Part shown: one piece after another, positions 36,363 to 45,648 of the stretch
How positions within the stretch are numbered: position 1 is the first letter of the stretch
How the letters are laid out: the number at the start of each line of letters is the position of its first letter
Source: a virus
Lineage: Duplodnaviria > Caudoviricetes
Reading direction: 5' to 3' (one strand)
DNA: 45,850 nt
Virus record (IMG/VR): IMGVR_UViG_3300037420_001608
Span: 1-45,850 of that record
Made by a program: the position numbers and the translations under genes
The notes under the pieces: generated by a model
What the model saw: the letters and a program-made list of their open reading frames with translations, nothing else
What the model was told of the DNA's origin: nothing
The model's database searches: none

Positions 36363-36868
36363 GCCGCCTCGTCTTCACCGTCAACGGCACCCCCGGCGCC
36401 CAAGGCTCCAAACGCCACGTCGGCAACGGCGTCATGGTCGAGTCCTCCAAGAAGGTCAAGCCCTGGCGCACCGACGTCAAGGCAGCAGCCGAGACCGCGC
36501 ACCTCGCGAGCGACGAGTGGGACCGCGCCACCGGCGCCGTCGGCGTCCAGATCACGTTCCGGTTCGCCCGGCCCAAGTCCCACTACCGCACCGGCCGCAA
36601 CGCCCACATCCTCCGCGACGACGCACCCGTCTACGTCACCAGCCGCGGCGCCGGCGACGGCGACAAGCTGCAGCGCTCCACCTTCGACGCGCTTACTGCG
36701 GCCGGGGTCATCGCCGACGACTCCCTGATCGTCGCCATGCATGTCTTCAAGGTCTACGCCTGCCGCGACGAGGCGCCCGGTGCGGACGTCGAGCTCTACA
36801 CCGTCCGCAACACCGGCATCCGACCAGCCGTGCTGCCGCCCGTGTACCGCGGGAAGGCGGTGTCGTGA
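36359..36868 (+). CDS. rusA: RusA-like Holliday junction resolvase
   Basis: PGAQGSK...ESSKKVKPWR...RPKSH...DGDKLQRSTFDALT...DDS. Confidence 0.92.
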   Translation: MSRLVFTVNGTPGAQGSKRHVGNGVMVESSKKVKPWRTDVKAAAETAHLASDEWDRATGAVGVQITFRFARPKSHYRTGRNAHILRDDAPVYVTSRGAGDGDKLQRSTFDALTAAGVIADDSLIVAMHVFKVYACRDEAPGADVELYTVRNTGIRPAVLPPVYRGKAVS

Positions 36869-37071
36869 TGGCCAGAACCTTCCCGGCCCGGTACCCCGGA
36901 CGCTGCGACGCCTGCGATCTCGGATTCGGCACCGACGAGCAGGTCACCTACACCGACGACGACCAGCTCGTGCACGCGTCATGCGTCAACGTGACACCGG
37001 CCGCCGGCGCCACGGAGACGACCTGCCCCCGCTGCTTCCTCACCAGCTGTGACTGCGGGAAGGACGTCTGA
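36868..37071 (+). CDS. Small Cys-rich protein
   Basis: ARYPGRCDAC...HASC...CPRC...CDC. Confidence 0.7.
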   Translation: MARTFPARYPGRCDACDLGFGTDEQVTYTDDDQLVHASCVNVTPAAGATETTCPRCFLTSCDCGKDV

Positions 37072-37778
37072 TGGCCAGCATCGAACTTCGACGGGTGCGA
37101 ACCACCGATCTCGTCGCCAACCGCCGGAACGTCCGCGAGCAGCTCGAGGAGATCGACGAACTGGCCGCGTCCATCCGCGCCAACGGCCTCCTCCAACCGC
37201 TCATCGTCAACGACCAAGCAGGCACTCTGGTCGTCACCGACGGCCACCGCCGTCTCGAGGCATCCCGCCGCGCACAGGTCCCCTACGTGATGTGCCTCGT
37301 CACCACGGACGCCGGCGTCCGCCAGGTCACCACGACCATGCTCGCAGCCGCCATGCACAAAGAGCTCAAGCCCCTCGAGCAGGCCCGCGCGTTCAAGGCG
37401 TTGCAGGGCGAAGGCGTCACCATCGCGGACATCGCCAGGTCGACTGGCTACTCGGCCGCGCTGATCCGTTCGCGTCTGCTGCTGCTTGAGCTGCCGGCCG
37501 AGGCGCAGGACATGGTCGAGGACGAGACCCTCACGATCGGGCAGGCGACCGAGCTCGCTCGCCAGGTGAAGCGCACCCGATCCGGCGGAGTGGCGAAGAT
37601 CGGCAGCGGCAAGGAAGCGGCGCGCTACTGGGCGACCCATCCCCTCCGCTCCGCAGTGCGTGACCTGTGCACGCACCAGGAGTACCGCCGCACCGTCGGC
37701 GGCGCTGGCTGCCCGCCCTGCTGGGAGAGGGCCATCCGAGCTGATGAGCGGCGTGTCCTCCGAGAGCAGGTGGCGTGA
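37071..37778 (+). CDS. parB: ParB/Spo0J-like protein with HTH and C-terminal Cys motif
   Basis: NVR...ELAASIRANGLLQPLIV...DGHRRL; IADIARSTGYS HTH. Confidence 0.88.
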   Translation: MASIELRRVRTTDLVANRRNVREQLEEIDELAASIRANGLLQPLIVNDQAGTLVVTDGHRRLEASRRAQVPYVMCLVTTDAGVRQVTTTMLAAAMHKELKPLEQARAFKALQGEGVTIADIARSTGYSAALIRSRLLLLELPAEAQDMVEDETLTIGQATELARQVKRTRSGGVAKIGSGKEAARYWATHPLRSAVRDLCTHQEYRRTVGGAGCPPCWERAIRADERRVLREQVA

Positions 37779-38053
37779 TGAGCGACCAGGACGTCCGCTA
37801 CTGGCCCACCGACAAGGCTATTGCCGAACTCGACCGACCGCACTCCCCTGTCGAGCGGTTCGGCGACGTCTCCGTCGGCGACATCGTCCGCATCGGCAAG
37901 GGGAAGCGCGACTGGCGCGTGGCCGGCTTTTGGACCACAGCGCAGGGCGAGGTCCTCGCCGATCTCGAGCCGCACGGCACCCCCGGGTTCACGAGCGCAT
38001 CGGCCCGGCCGGACCGCCTCACCGTCATCGAGCGCGCGGGGGCGACGTCGTGA
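37775..38053 (+). CDS. Hypothetical protein (SH3-like)
   Basis: Coupled; VGDIVRIGKGK..W.V. Confidence 0.7.
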   Translation: MMSDQDVRYWPTDKAIAELDRPHSPVERFGDVSVGDIVRIGKGKRDWRVAGFWTTAQGEVLADLEPHGTPGFTSASARPDRLTVIERAGATS

Positions 38054-38268
38054 ACATCGGAGAGGCCAGCGACGTCGCCACCATCCTGCAGGCCATCACC
38101 TACGGCGGCGACCACGCGGGGCCGTTCGACGCCGAGCGGATCGAGCTCGCAATGGAGCGCCTGAACCAGCGCGCCGCGAAGGCCCTGCAGCTCACCGTGA
38201 TCGTCCCCATGGACGACGTCGAGATCGCCGCGCGCGAACTCGCCCAGCGAGCGGCGGACCGGGCATGA
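38050..38268 (+). CDS. Hypothetical protein
   Basis: GTGA and ATGA coupling. Confidence 0.7.
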   Translation: MNIGEASDVATILQAITYGGDHAGPFDAERIELAMERLNQRAAKALQLTVIVPMDDVEIAARELAQRAADRA

Positions 38269-39083
38269 GCTACGACTACCGCTACGCCAAGAAGTGGCGC
38301 CTCGACCGCGACCGCGGCATCAAGCGCTACATCGACCCCGCTCCCGTCGTCGAGCACCTCGAGCAACTGCTCGCCTCCGGCCTGTCGAAGCGCTCGATCG
38401 CGGAAGCGGCAGCCGTCTCCCCGTCTGCCATCACGCAGCTGACGCGGCACGCGCCCAAGCACATCACGCGACCGATCGCCACGCGGATCCTCGCCGTACG
38501 CCCCGAGCACGGCCACGACCGGAGCGCCCCGCGAGGGTTCGTCCCGGCCATCGGGGCCCGTCGCCGCATCCGCGCACTCCAGACCATCGGCCACCCGGCC
38601 CAGGCCATCGCCGACGCGGCAGGCGTCACGACGGCCGTCGTGCACAACATCAGCAACCAGGCCGGCGACTGGATCACCGCCGCCAACCGCGACGCCATCC
38701 ACCAGGCGTACGACGCGCTGTGGTCCACGCCCGGGCCCAGCGCCAAGACCCGCGGCATCGCTGCCAAGCGCGGCTGGGCTCCGCCGCTCGCGTGGGACGA
38801 CGACTCGATCGACGACCCCGCGGCCACGCCCGACCTCGGTGTCGACCGTGCCACCGGCCGTGGTCGGAACCAGGACGACCTGCTCGAGGACATCGAGTTC
38901 CTCCTCGACGACGAGCCGCTCGCGACCACCCAGCAGATCGCCGACCGGCTCGGCTACCGCGACCGCACCGCGATCCAGAACGCGCTCAGGCGCGCCGGCC
39001 GCCGGGACCTCCTCGACCAGCTCGCACGCAACGCAGACCTCGCCCACCCGGGGCAGGCCAACAGGAAGGACACCGCCGCATGA
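38265..39083 (+). CDS. Multi-HTH DNA-binding protein
   Basis: [14 protein letters not shown]; [11 protein letters not shown]; [16 protein letters not shown]; QIADRLG. Confidence 0.8.
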   Translation: MSYDYRYAKKWRLDRDRGIKRYIDPAPVVEHLEQLLASGLSKRSIAEAAAVSPSAITQLTRHAPKHITRPIATRILAVRPEHGHDRSAPRGFVPAIGARRRIRALQTIGHPAQAIADAAGVTTAVVHNISNQAGDWITAANRDAIHQAYDALWSTPGPSAKTRGIAAKRGWAPPLAWDDDSIDDPAATPDLGVDRATGRGRNQDDLLEDIEFLLDDEPLATTQQIADRLGYRDRTAIQNALRRAGRRDLLDQLARNADLAHPGQANRKDTAA

Positions 39084-39700
39084 AGATCGCGACCCAGCTC
39101 CCCAAGGGGCCACAGAACGGGCTCGTCGCCATCGACCGAGCCCTCGTAAACCAGCCCGACCAGTCCCACATCATCGTCGCCGAGGTCGACTGCAAGAGCA
39201 TCACCACCGACACCGACACCGGCGACACCGAGCCGACTGTGCGCATCCTGCACGTGGAAGTCATCACGGACCGGTCCGGCAACCACGACCTCGTCCGCGC
39301 CGCGATGGACGCCGCGTACCGTCGCCGCACGGGCGACAACCCGCTGCCCTTCGACCTCGCCACCGCTTCGGGCGTCTTCACCGGCGGCACCTTTGACGTC
39401 GACGTTGACACCGGCGAGATCACGCGCGCCGAGCCCGACGACGACGCCCTCCTGCGCCAGGCGGTCGACCTCGTCGTCTCCACCCAGTTCGGCTCGACAT
39501 CCATGCTCCAGCGCAAGCTCCGCGTCGGGTACGCCAAGGCCGGCCGACTCATGGACCTGCTCGAGACCCACGGCATTGTCGGCCCCACAGACGGATCCCA
39601 CGCCCGCGCGGTGCTCGTCGGCCCCGAGCAGCTGGACGCCGCCCTGGAGCGCCTCGCCAGCGGCGACTCCACCGACGATGAGACGGACGGAGCCGCGTGA
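39080..39700 (+). CDS. Phage protein with C-terminal FtsK-gamma domain
   Basis: [54 protein letters not shown]; no ATPase domain. Confidence 0.9.
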   Translation: MKIATQLPKGPQNGLVAIDRALVNQPDQSHIIVAEVDCKSITTDTDTGDTEPTVRILHVEVITDRSGNHDLVRAAMDAAYRRRTGDNPLPFDLATASGVFTGGTFDVDVDTGEITRAEPDDDALLRQAVDLVVSTQFGSTSMLQRKLRVGYAKAGRLMDLLETHGIVGPTDGSHARAVLVGPEQLDAALERLASGDSTDDETDGAA

Positions 39701-39903
39701 TGCAGGTCAACTACCGCACCGGCCACACCGGCCCGCTCCTCATCGGCGACGAGATCCCGCTCGTCGAGCCCACGCCGGACACCGTCCTCATCACCGGGTC
39801 CAGTGCTACCGGCGTGCGCGTCGCGGCACGAGCCGTTGCGGACGCCGCCAAGAAGAAGCGACGTCGTAGGGCCGCCAGCTCGAGGCGCGCCAACCGCACC
39901 TGA
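39697..39903 (+). CDS. Small basic hypothetical protein
   Basis: Coupled; basic C-terminus. Confidence 0.6.
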   Translation: MMQVNYRTGHTGPLLIGDEIPLVEPTPDTVLITGSSATGVRVAARAVADAAKKKRRRRAASSRRANRT

Positions 39904-40023
39904 CCGGTCCCCTGCCGGTCACCACTCCGCCATCCCACTGGCGGAGCCGCCCGCCCCGCACGGAAGGCAGCCCGCGCGGGGCGGGCACCCCCAAAACTTC
40001 CACACCGACTCGGGAGGACCACG

Positions 40024-40371
40024 GTGAGCGACCCACAGCTCTTCGACGCCACACCCTTCGAGGTGCCGACAGAGCCCACCCCCGACCCCTACCAGGGCCT
40101 CGGCCAGGACGCTCGCCGCACCGCCCGCCGACGCGAACTCCTCGCCCAGGGCATCCACCCCATCACCAAGAGGCCCACCCGGCCCGAGTTCGGCACCTGC
40201 GGCGACTGCGCCCACCTCCTCGTCAAGGACATCCGCCCCGACCGGCGCTGGTTCAAGTGCGAGCTCACGCTCACCGGTGGCAGCCCCGCCTACTACGGGA
40301 CCGGCCCTGACGTCCGGAAGTCCTACCCGGCCTGCTCCGCCTTCCAGCCAGCCGCCGGAGGTGACGCGTGA
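40024..40371 (+). CDS. Hypothetical Cys-containing protein
   Basis: GGAGG RBS; GIHP...CGDCAH...KC...PAC. Confidence 0.75.
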   Translation: MSDPQLFDATPFEVPTEPTPDPYQGLGQDARRTARRRELLAQGIHPITKRPTRPEFGTCGDCAHLLVKDIRPDRRWFKCELTLTGGSPAYYGTGPDVRKSYPACSAFQPAAGGDA

Positions 40372-41900
40372 CCGACCGCCACCTCACACTCGCCCCACCC
40401 CCCGACGAAGACACCACCAACCAGCCACCCCACGACCACGAAGCCGAACGCGACGTCCTCGCCGGCATCCTCCACCGACCAGCCACCCTCGACGACGTCA
40501 CCCTCATCCTCACCGCCGAACACTTCCACCACCCCGCCCACGAACTCATCTACGCAGCCGTCGTCGCCCTCTACGCCCGCACCAGACCAGTCGACGTCAC
40601 CACCGTCGCCAACCAGCTCGGCACCGACCTCTCCCGCATCGGCGGCCGCTCCACCCTCGAAGCCCTCCACTTCCGCGGCACCGGCATCATCGACCCCGCC
40701 TTCCACGCCGAGATCGTCGCCGACGTCGCCACCAGGCGCCGCCTCGACACCGTCGGCACACGCATCCGCCAACTCGCCAACCAGCCCGCCGGCGGATCCA
40801 CCCTTGAACTCCTCGACGCCGCCACCAACGAACTCGCAGCCATCCCACGCGGCGTCCCCGGCGTAGACGCCGCAACCAGCAGCTCCTGGGCACCCGTCGA
40901 CCTCGCCGACATCCTCGCCAACGGCGAAATCCTCGAACAGCCCACCCAACTCGCACGGCAAGACGGGCAGTGCCTGCTCTACCCCGCCGCCGTCCACTCC
41001 ATCAGCGGCGAACCCGAGTCAGGCAAGTCCTGGATCGCGCTCATCGCCGCCGTGCAGATCCTGCGCCACACAGACGACGAGCACGTCACCTACGTGGACT
41101 TCGAAGACCGCGCCGGCCGCGTCATCCCCCGCCTCGTTCACCTCGGCGCACCCCAGCAGGCCATCCTCGAGCGCTTCCACTACATCCGACCAAGCAACGC
41201 CATCGACGTCCCAGGTCGCAAACTCCTCGACCAGTACGCCGCCCAGTCCAGCCTCGCCATCATCGACGGCGTCACCGAAGCCATGACAATGCACGGCCTC
41301 TCCCTGCTCGACAACGAAGACGCCGCCCGCTACCTCGACCTCCTCCCCCGCCACCTCGCCGACCTCGGCCCCGCCGTCCTCCAGATCGACCACGTCGTCA
41401 AAGACAGCGAGAAACAAGGCCGCTGGGCCATTGGCGCCGGACACAAGCTCGCCGGCCTCGACGGCGCCGCCTACGGCGTCAAAGTCCTCGAACCCTTCGG
41501 CCGCGGCAAGATCGGCCGAGCCGCCATCGCCGTCCACAAAGACCGGCCCGGCGCAGTTCGCGAGATCGCCCTCGGCAACGCCGTCGCCCACCTCGTCATC
41601 GACTCCCGCGGCGAATCCATGTCCGCCTGGCTCGAGGAACCGTCCTCGATGCCCAAGAGCGCCGACGGTGCTGGTCGCCCCACCCACCTCATGGAGCGGG
41701 TTTCGCGCTACGTCGAGATGTACCCCGGGGCCTCGCAGAACGACATCGAGAAGGGCGTCACCGGCAAGGTCCAGTACCTCCGCCTGGCTGTCAACGCGCT
41801 CGTCGCCGAGGGCTATCTGACCGTCACCGCAGGCCCTCGCGGCACCCGCAACCACTCTGTCATCGCGACCTTCCGAGAGGACCAATCCGATGAGTCCTGA
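40368..41900 (+). CDS. Replicative helicase: DnaB-like N-terminal domain + RecA-type AAA domain + winged-helix-like C-terminus
   Basis: PPHDHEAERDVLAGIL...FHHPAHELIY...PVDVTTV; GEPESGKSW; YVDFED; IIDGV; IDHVVK. Confidence 0.88.
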   Translation: MTDRHLTLAPPPDEDTTNQPPHDHEAERDVLAGILHRPATLDDVTLILTAEHFHHPAHELIYAAVVALYARTRPVDVTTVANQLGTDLSRIGGRSTLEALHFRGTGIIDPAFHAEIVADVATRRRLDTVGTRIRQLANQPAGGSTLELLDAATNELAAIPRGVPGVDAATSSSWAPVDLADILANGEILEQPTQLARQDGQCLLYPAAVHSISGEPESGKSWIALIAAVQILRHTDDEHVTYVDFEDRAGRVIPRLVHLGAPQQAILERFHYIRPSNAIDVPGRKLLDQYAAQSSLAIIDGVTEAMTMHGLSLLDNEDAARYLDLLPRHLADLGPAVLQIDHVVKDSEKQGRWAIGAGHKLAGLDGAAYGVKVLEPFGRGKIGRAAIAVHKDRPGAVREIALGNAVAHLVIDSRGESMSAWLEEPSSMPKSADGAGRPTHLMERVSRYVEMYPGASQNDIEKGVTGKVQYLRLAVNALVAEGYLTVTAGPRGTRNHSVIATFREDQSDES

Positions 41901-41910
41901 CCTCGTCTTG

Positions 41911-42072
41911 ACCGCGTCCCGACTGCGTCCCGAGTGCGTCCCCGTCCGGGCACAAGACGACCGCGTCCCCTTGCCCGCTTCTCTAAGCAAGGGACGCGGT
42001 CAGTGAGCACGAAATCGCCCCACCGCGTCCCCAAGCACGGGACGCGCTCAGACCGCGTCCCCACCACGTCCC
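41911..42072. repeat. Iteron-like array, candidate replication origin
   Basis: GCGTCCC at 41914, 41925, 41936, 41963, 42025, 42055; inverted copies at 41991 and 42039. Confidence 0.7.
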
Positions 42073-42098
42073 GCACCACCCGTCGAGAGGACCACGCC

Positions 42099-42812
42099 AT
42101 GACCCACGCCGGCCGAGACCACAGCGACCCCCCCGCACCCCATGCGTCGAGCGGCGACCAGGACAACCCCATGCACGAGGCGCCCCCGCGAGTGCTGTTC
42201 GCCCACCGGCTGGCCGAGGCCGGAGACGGCCTCGATCCGCTCCAGGCGCTGCGCGACGCGATCGTCTTCTCGTCGGCCGACTGGGGCGCGGCTCGGGACT
42301 TCGCGTGGATCTACGGCATCGTGGTCGGCTGGGACTCGGACGAGGATGACGACCCGGACGAGGTCGAGGACACGATGCTCGAGCTGGCGGCCGTGCACGG
42401 CTGGACGGCCGAGAAGGTCGAACGGCTGCGGGCGCTGCACGGCGCGTTCGTGGAGCTGGCTGCTCGGGACGTCCCGGGTGTTGCGCCCCTCCACGGTGTG
42501 CCCCCAACCCGGGACGCCGACGTCCCCGTACCCAGCGCCGGGCCAGCCGAGCTGCTCGAGCTCTTGGACCGATGGCGGAACCTCGGCAAGTCGGCGGTGC
42601 TCGACTTCTACAGCGCGGTGGATCTCGTCGCTGATGCAGTGACCCGCGCTGAAGCTGCCGAGCGTGCGCTGGCCGACGAGCGGGCCAAGGCGGCGCGGTA
42701 TCTCGCAGCCCTCGACGAGGCCAAGGCCATCGGCATACCGCAACCAGCATGGCTGATCCTCAGCGCCGCAGTGGCCGGTCCCGAGCCCGAGGCGACCGAG
42801 GACGGTGCGTGA
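42099..42812 (+). CDS. Hypothetical protein
   Basis: GAGG RBS; SSADWG...AWIYGIVVGWD...HGW motif. Confidence 0.7.
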   Translation: MTHAGRDHSDPPAPHASSGDQDNPMHEAPPRVLFAHRLAEAGDGLDPLQALRDAIVFSSADWGAARDFAWIYGIVVGWDSDEDDDPDEVEDTMLELAAVHGWTAEKVERLRALHGAFVELAARDVPGVAPLHGVPPTRDADVPVPSAGPAELLELLDRWRNLGKSAVLDFYSAVDLVADAVTRAEAAERALADERAKAARYLAALDEAKAIGIPQPAWLILSAAVAGPEPEATEDGA

Positions 42813-43045
42813 TGGCCGAGACCGTCGACCACCCCGCCCACTACAACGCACACCCCTCCGGCATCGAATGCATCGCCGTCGTCGAACACATGAGCTTCAA
42901 CCTCGGCAACGCCATCAAGTACATCTGGCGCGCCGATGAGAAGGGAAACGCACTCGAGGACCTGCGCAAGGCCGCCTGGTACGTCCAGCGCGAACTGCTG
43001 CGCCGCGAGCGGGCAGAAGCCGGGCAGGAGGCCAGCCGTGGGTAA
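42812..43045 (+). CDS. DUF3310 protein (T7 gp1.7-like)
   Basis: VDHPAHY...IECI...FNLGNAIKYIWRA..KG...EDLRKAAWY. Confidence 0.92.
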   Translation: MAETVDHPAHYNAHPSGIECIAVVEHMSFNLGNAIKYIWRADEKGNALEDLRKAAWYVQRELLRRERAEAGQEASRG

Positions 43046-43148
43046 CCCACCCGGATGGCCCCAGCCACGCCCCGTCCGATGCACCTGCGCCGCCTGCAAA
43101 GAACGCGCCGAGCGGGCGGCGCAGTTGGGTGACGGCGGCGCGTCATGA
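43038..43148 (+). CDS. 36-aa CxCxxC peptide
   Basis: GGAGG RBS; RCTCAAC. Confidence 0.5.
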   Translation: MGNPPGWPQPRPVRCTCAACKERAERAAQLGDGGAS

Positions 43149-43152
43149 GCCC

Positions 43153-43659
43153 TCAGCGCAGGTGCGGGACCTTCTGCTCCTCCAGCAGCTCCTCCAACTC
43201 CTCGAGCAACGGCGAGCCGCGGCGGACTTCGTCGGGATTCTCGAGCCACGCGTGCACCACCACTGCCATCAGCCCCAGCGCATCTCGCGACTGTCGGTCA
43301 CCGTCGTCGGTGAGCGAGCCGTCCGGCTTGACCATCTCGAGCGCCTCGAAGTGGTACCTGTGCAGCCGATCGAGAAGCAGCGAGAAGACCTCGTGGCGCG
43401 ACCGCGCGCGCACCGACACGAGGTCTAGCAGCCATCGCGATCGAGCCAGCAGGTCGGCGTACTGCGGGTCGACCTCGGATCGCACAGACAGCTCACCGCA
43501 CACAATCCGCAACTCAACGACCGCGTCTTCCAGACGCTCTAGGTGGCGCAGCCGAGCTTCTCGCCTCCACTGCTGCTTGGTCGTCACCCAGGTCGCGATC
43601 CACGTTAACCCGCCACCCACTGCCGCGCCGACGATGGCGGCAATCGTCTCAGAGTTCAC
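43153..43659 (-). CDS. Antisense moron: N-terminal TM + helical cytoplasmic domain
   Basis: GTG start, IAAIVGAAVGGGLTWIATW TM; atypical codons; fills the gap between forward genes. Confidence 0.75.
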   Translation of the reverse strand: MNSETIAAIVGAAVGGGLTWIATWVTTKQQWRREARLRHLERLEDAVVELRIVCGELSVRSEVDPQYADLLARSRWLLDLVSVRARSRHEVFSLLLDRLHRYHFEALEMVKPDGSLTDDGDRQSRDALGLMAVVVHAWLENPDEVRRGSPLLEELEELLEEQKVPHLR

Positions 43660-43679
43660 GTCGGATGGAGGTAGAAGCC

Positions 43680-44306
43680 ATGTCTGAGGTTCCCACGCTG
43701 TGCGGCGCCCGCACCCGCAACGGCGGCACGTGTCGCCGTCCACCCGTCCCCGGGGGCACCCGCTGTCGCATGCACGGCGGCGCCTCCCCCCAAGCGAAGG
43801 CAGCAGCCGAACGCCGCCTTGCCATCGCCCGAGCCGAGGCCGAGGTCGCCCGGCTCGGCGCGCGCCGCGACATCCACCCCGCCGAAGCGCTCCTCGAGCT
43901 CGTCCACTGGACCGCCGGCGAGGTCGACTACTGGCGCGCCAAGGTCGTCCAGCTCGCCGAGACGGACGAAGACGCCCTCACCTGGGGCGTCGCCAGCGAA
44001 GTCCACAAAGGCTCCGGCGAGTTCCCCGGCACCGACACCACCAGCGAGGCCGCACCCAACGTCGCCTACCGGATGCTCACCGACGCCTCCAACCGCCTCG
44101 CCGCCTACGCCGCCGCAGCGCTCAAAGCCGGCGTCGAAGAACGCCGCGTCCGCCTCGCCGAGAAGCAAGGCGCCCTCGTCGCCGACGTCATCCGCGGCAT
44201 CCTCACCGACCTCAACCTGACGCCCGAGCAGGAGCTGCTCGTCGGCACCGTCGTCCCTGCCCGTCTCCGCCAGCTCGCCGCCGCACCCGAAGGAGCCACC
44301 CGTTGA
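43680..44306 (+). CDS. HGGxSTG-domain protein, candidate terminase small subunit
   Basis: CGARTRNGGTC...RCRMHGGASP; helical C-terminus AGVEERRVRLAE. Confidence 0.75.
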   Translation: MSEVPTLCGARTRNGGTCRRPPVPGGTRCRMHGGASPQAKAAAERRLAIARAEAEVARLGARRDIHPAEALLELVHWTAGEVDYWRAKVVQLAETDEDALTWGVASEVHKGSGEFPGTDTTSEAAPNVAYRMLTDASNRLAAYAAAALKAGVEERRVRLAEKQGALVADVIRGILTDLNLTPEQELLVGTVVPARLRQLAAAPEGATR

Positions 44307-45223
44307 CCAGCCCGGAGAAGCAAACCGCCGAGCTCAGCCCAGCCGACCAGGCCCGCGAAGACCTCGCCACCATCCGCAAGGGCTGGCGTCACGTCCTCGA
44401 CCCCATCGAGACCACCACCACGAGCAGCTCGCAGCGCCGCGAACGACCAGCCACCGAAGACGAAGCCGACGAGCAACTCCCACCCGACGCCCGCGTCGAC
44501 ACCCCACGCATCCTCGCGTTCTGGGTCCACGCCACCCTCGACAAGTGGCCCACCATCCTCCAGACCCTCCAACCCGGCCCCGACGGCAAGCTGCGCCTCG
44601 TTACCACCGAGACCATCGACTGCGGCGACCTCTACGCCATGGTCGACCTCCTCGACCGCGAAGCACCGCGCATCACCGACTGGGTCGACGGCGACCGGAA
44701 CTTCGGCGTCACGTTCGTGGCTGACCTCGCGAAGCTCGCCCGCGCCGTCTCGCGCGTCGCCTGGCCACCCAAGGGCGACCGCATGACCATCGGCGACTGC
44801 CCCGCCTGCCACCGCCGCATCCGAGTCAAGGCCCCCGCCTGGCGCAAGCGCCCCACCCACGTCCCGCAGCCCACCACCAACCCCGACGCCTACGCCGACT
44901 GGGTGTGGATCGTCCCCGACGACGCCGAATACGAGCCCGACCGGGACGCGCCGATCAGCTGCCGATGCGGCCTGTCGAAGACTCTCGAGGAGTGGCGCAC
45001 CGCGCTCGCCGGCCCGTCGCTGCTGCTCACGGCGGAGCAGCTCGTCACGGACATCCGTGAGCAGCTGGGCATGCGCTACCAGCCGGCCGTGGTCCGGCAG
45101 TGGTCACGGCGAGGGATGATCTCGACGCGCGGCTACTCGGCCCAGGGCCACGCCCTGTACGACCGGACGCAGGTGCTCGCCGCGCTCATCGATCGCGAAA
45201 AGCGACGGGACGTGGCGTCATGA
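44303..45223 (+). CDS. Zn-ribbon + C-terminal HTH protein, candidate late-gene regulator
   Basis: AAGGAG RBS, TTG start; GDCPAC...CRCG; VVRQWSRRG...ALYD. Confidence 0.7.
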   Translation: MTSPEKQTAELSPADQAREDLATIRKGWRHVLDPIETTTTSSSQRRERPATEDEADEQLPPDARVDTPRILAFWVHATLDKWPTILQTLQPGPDGKLRLVTTETIDCGDLYAMVDLLDREAPRITDWVDGDRNFGVTFVADLAKLARAVSRVAWPPKGDRMTIGDCPACHRRIRVKAPAWRKRPTHVPQPTTNPDAYADWVWIVPDDAEYEPDRDAPISCRCGLSKTLEEWRTALAGPSLLLTAEQLVTDIREQLGMRYQPAVVRQWSRRGMISTRGYSAQGHALYDRTQVLAALIDREKRRDVAS

Positions 45224-45492
45224 TGGGCTCCATGGACCTGATCGAGTTCATGACGGCTCGGCTGGACGAGGAAGAGTCCGCGGCCAGCCAGCACTCAGGC
45301 GAGCCGCTCGCGGACCGCGTGCTCGCCACAGTGGCGACGCACCGGCGCATCCTCGAGCGGGCGACAAGCGCCGACGTCGACGAGGACGACATGTGCGCGG
45401 TCGCCGCGTTCGACGAGGCCGAGTACATCGTCTGCATTCTGGCCGAGATGTACGCCGACCACCCCGACTACCGAGAGGAGTGGAGGCCATGA
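45220..45492 (+). CDS. DUF6221 protein
   Basis: LIEFMTARLDEEE...RVLA...RRIL...YADHPDYREEWRP. Confidence 0.88.
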   Translation: MMGSMDLIEFMTARLDEEESAASQHSGEPLADRVLATVATHRRILERATSADVDEDDMCAVAAFDEAEYIVCILAEMYADHPDYREEWRP

Positions 45493-45615
45493 GAGTGCCA
45501 GTCCACGCCGACACGACGAAGGGTCGCATCGTAGTTGACTTCGTTTGTCTGGGATGTCAAGGTTCGGGTGTGACACGGCAAGGGGTGTAGTGCGCCCCCA
45601 CCCGGACGTCACATG

Positions 45616-45648
45616 AAGCCTCGGTCTCGCGTTGAGCCGGGGCTTTCC
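45616..45648 (+). terminator. Hairpin terminator/attenuator in the late leader
   Basis: AAGCCTCGG...CCGGGGCTT followed by TCC. Confidence 0.55.

Noticed and set aside
31130-39700. Many early proteins ending in -AA as ClpXP degrons
   Set aside because: Explained at least as well by GC-rich spacers before overlapping ATGA/GTGA starts; cannot be separated from sequence alone
41911-42072. Repeat cluster as a mini-CRISPR
   Set aside because: Repeats are 7-10 nt, irregularly spaced and in both orientations; iteron-like instead
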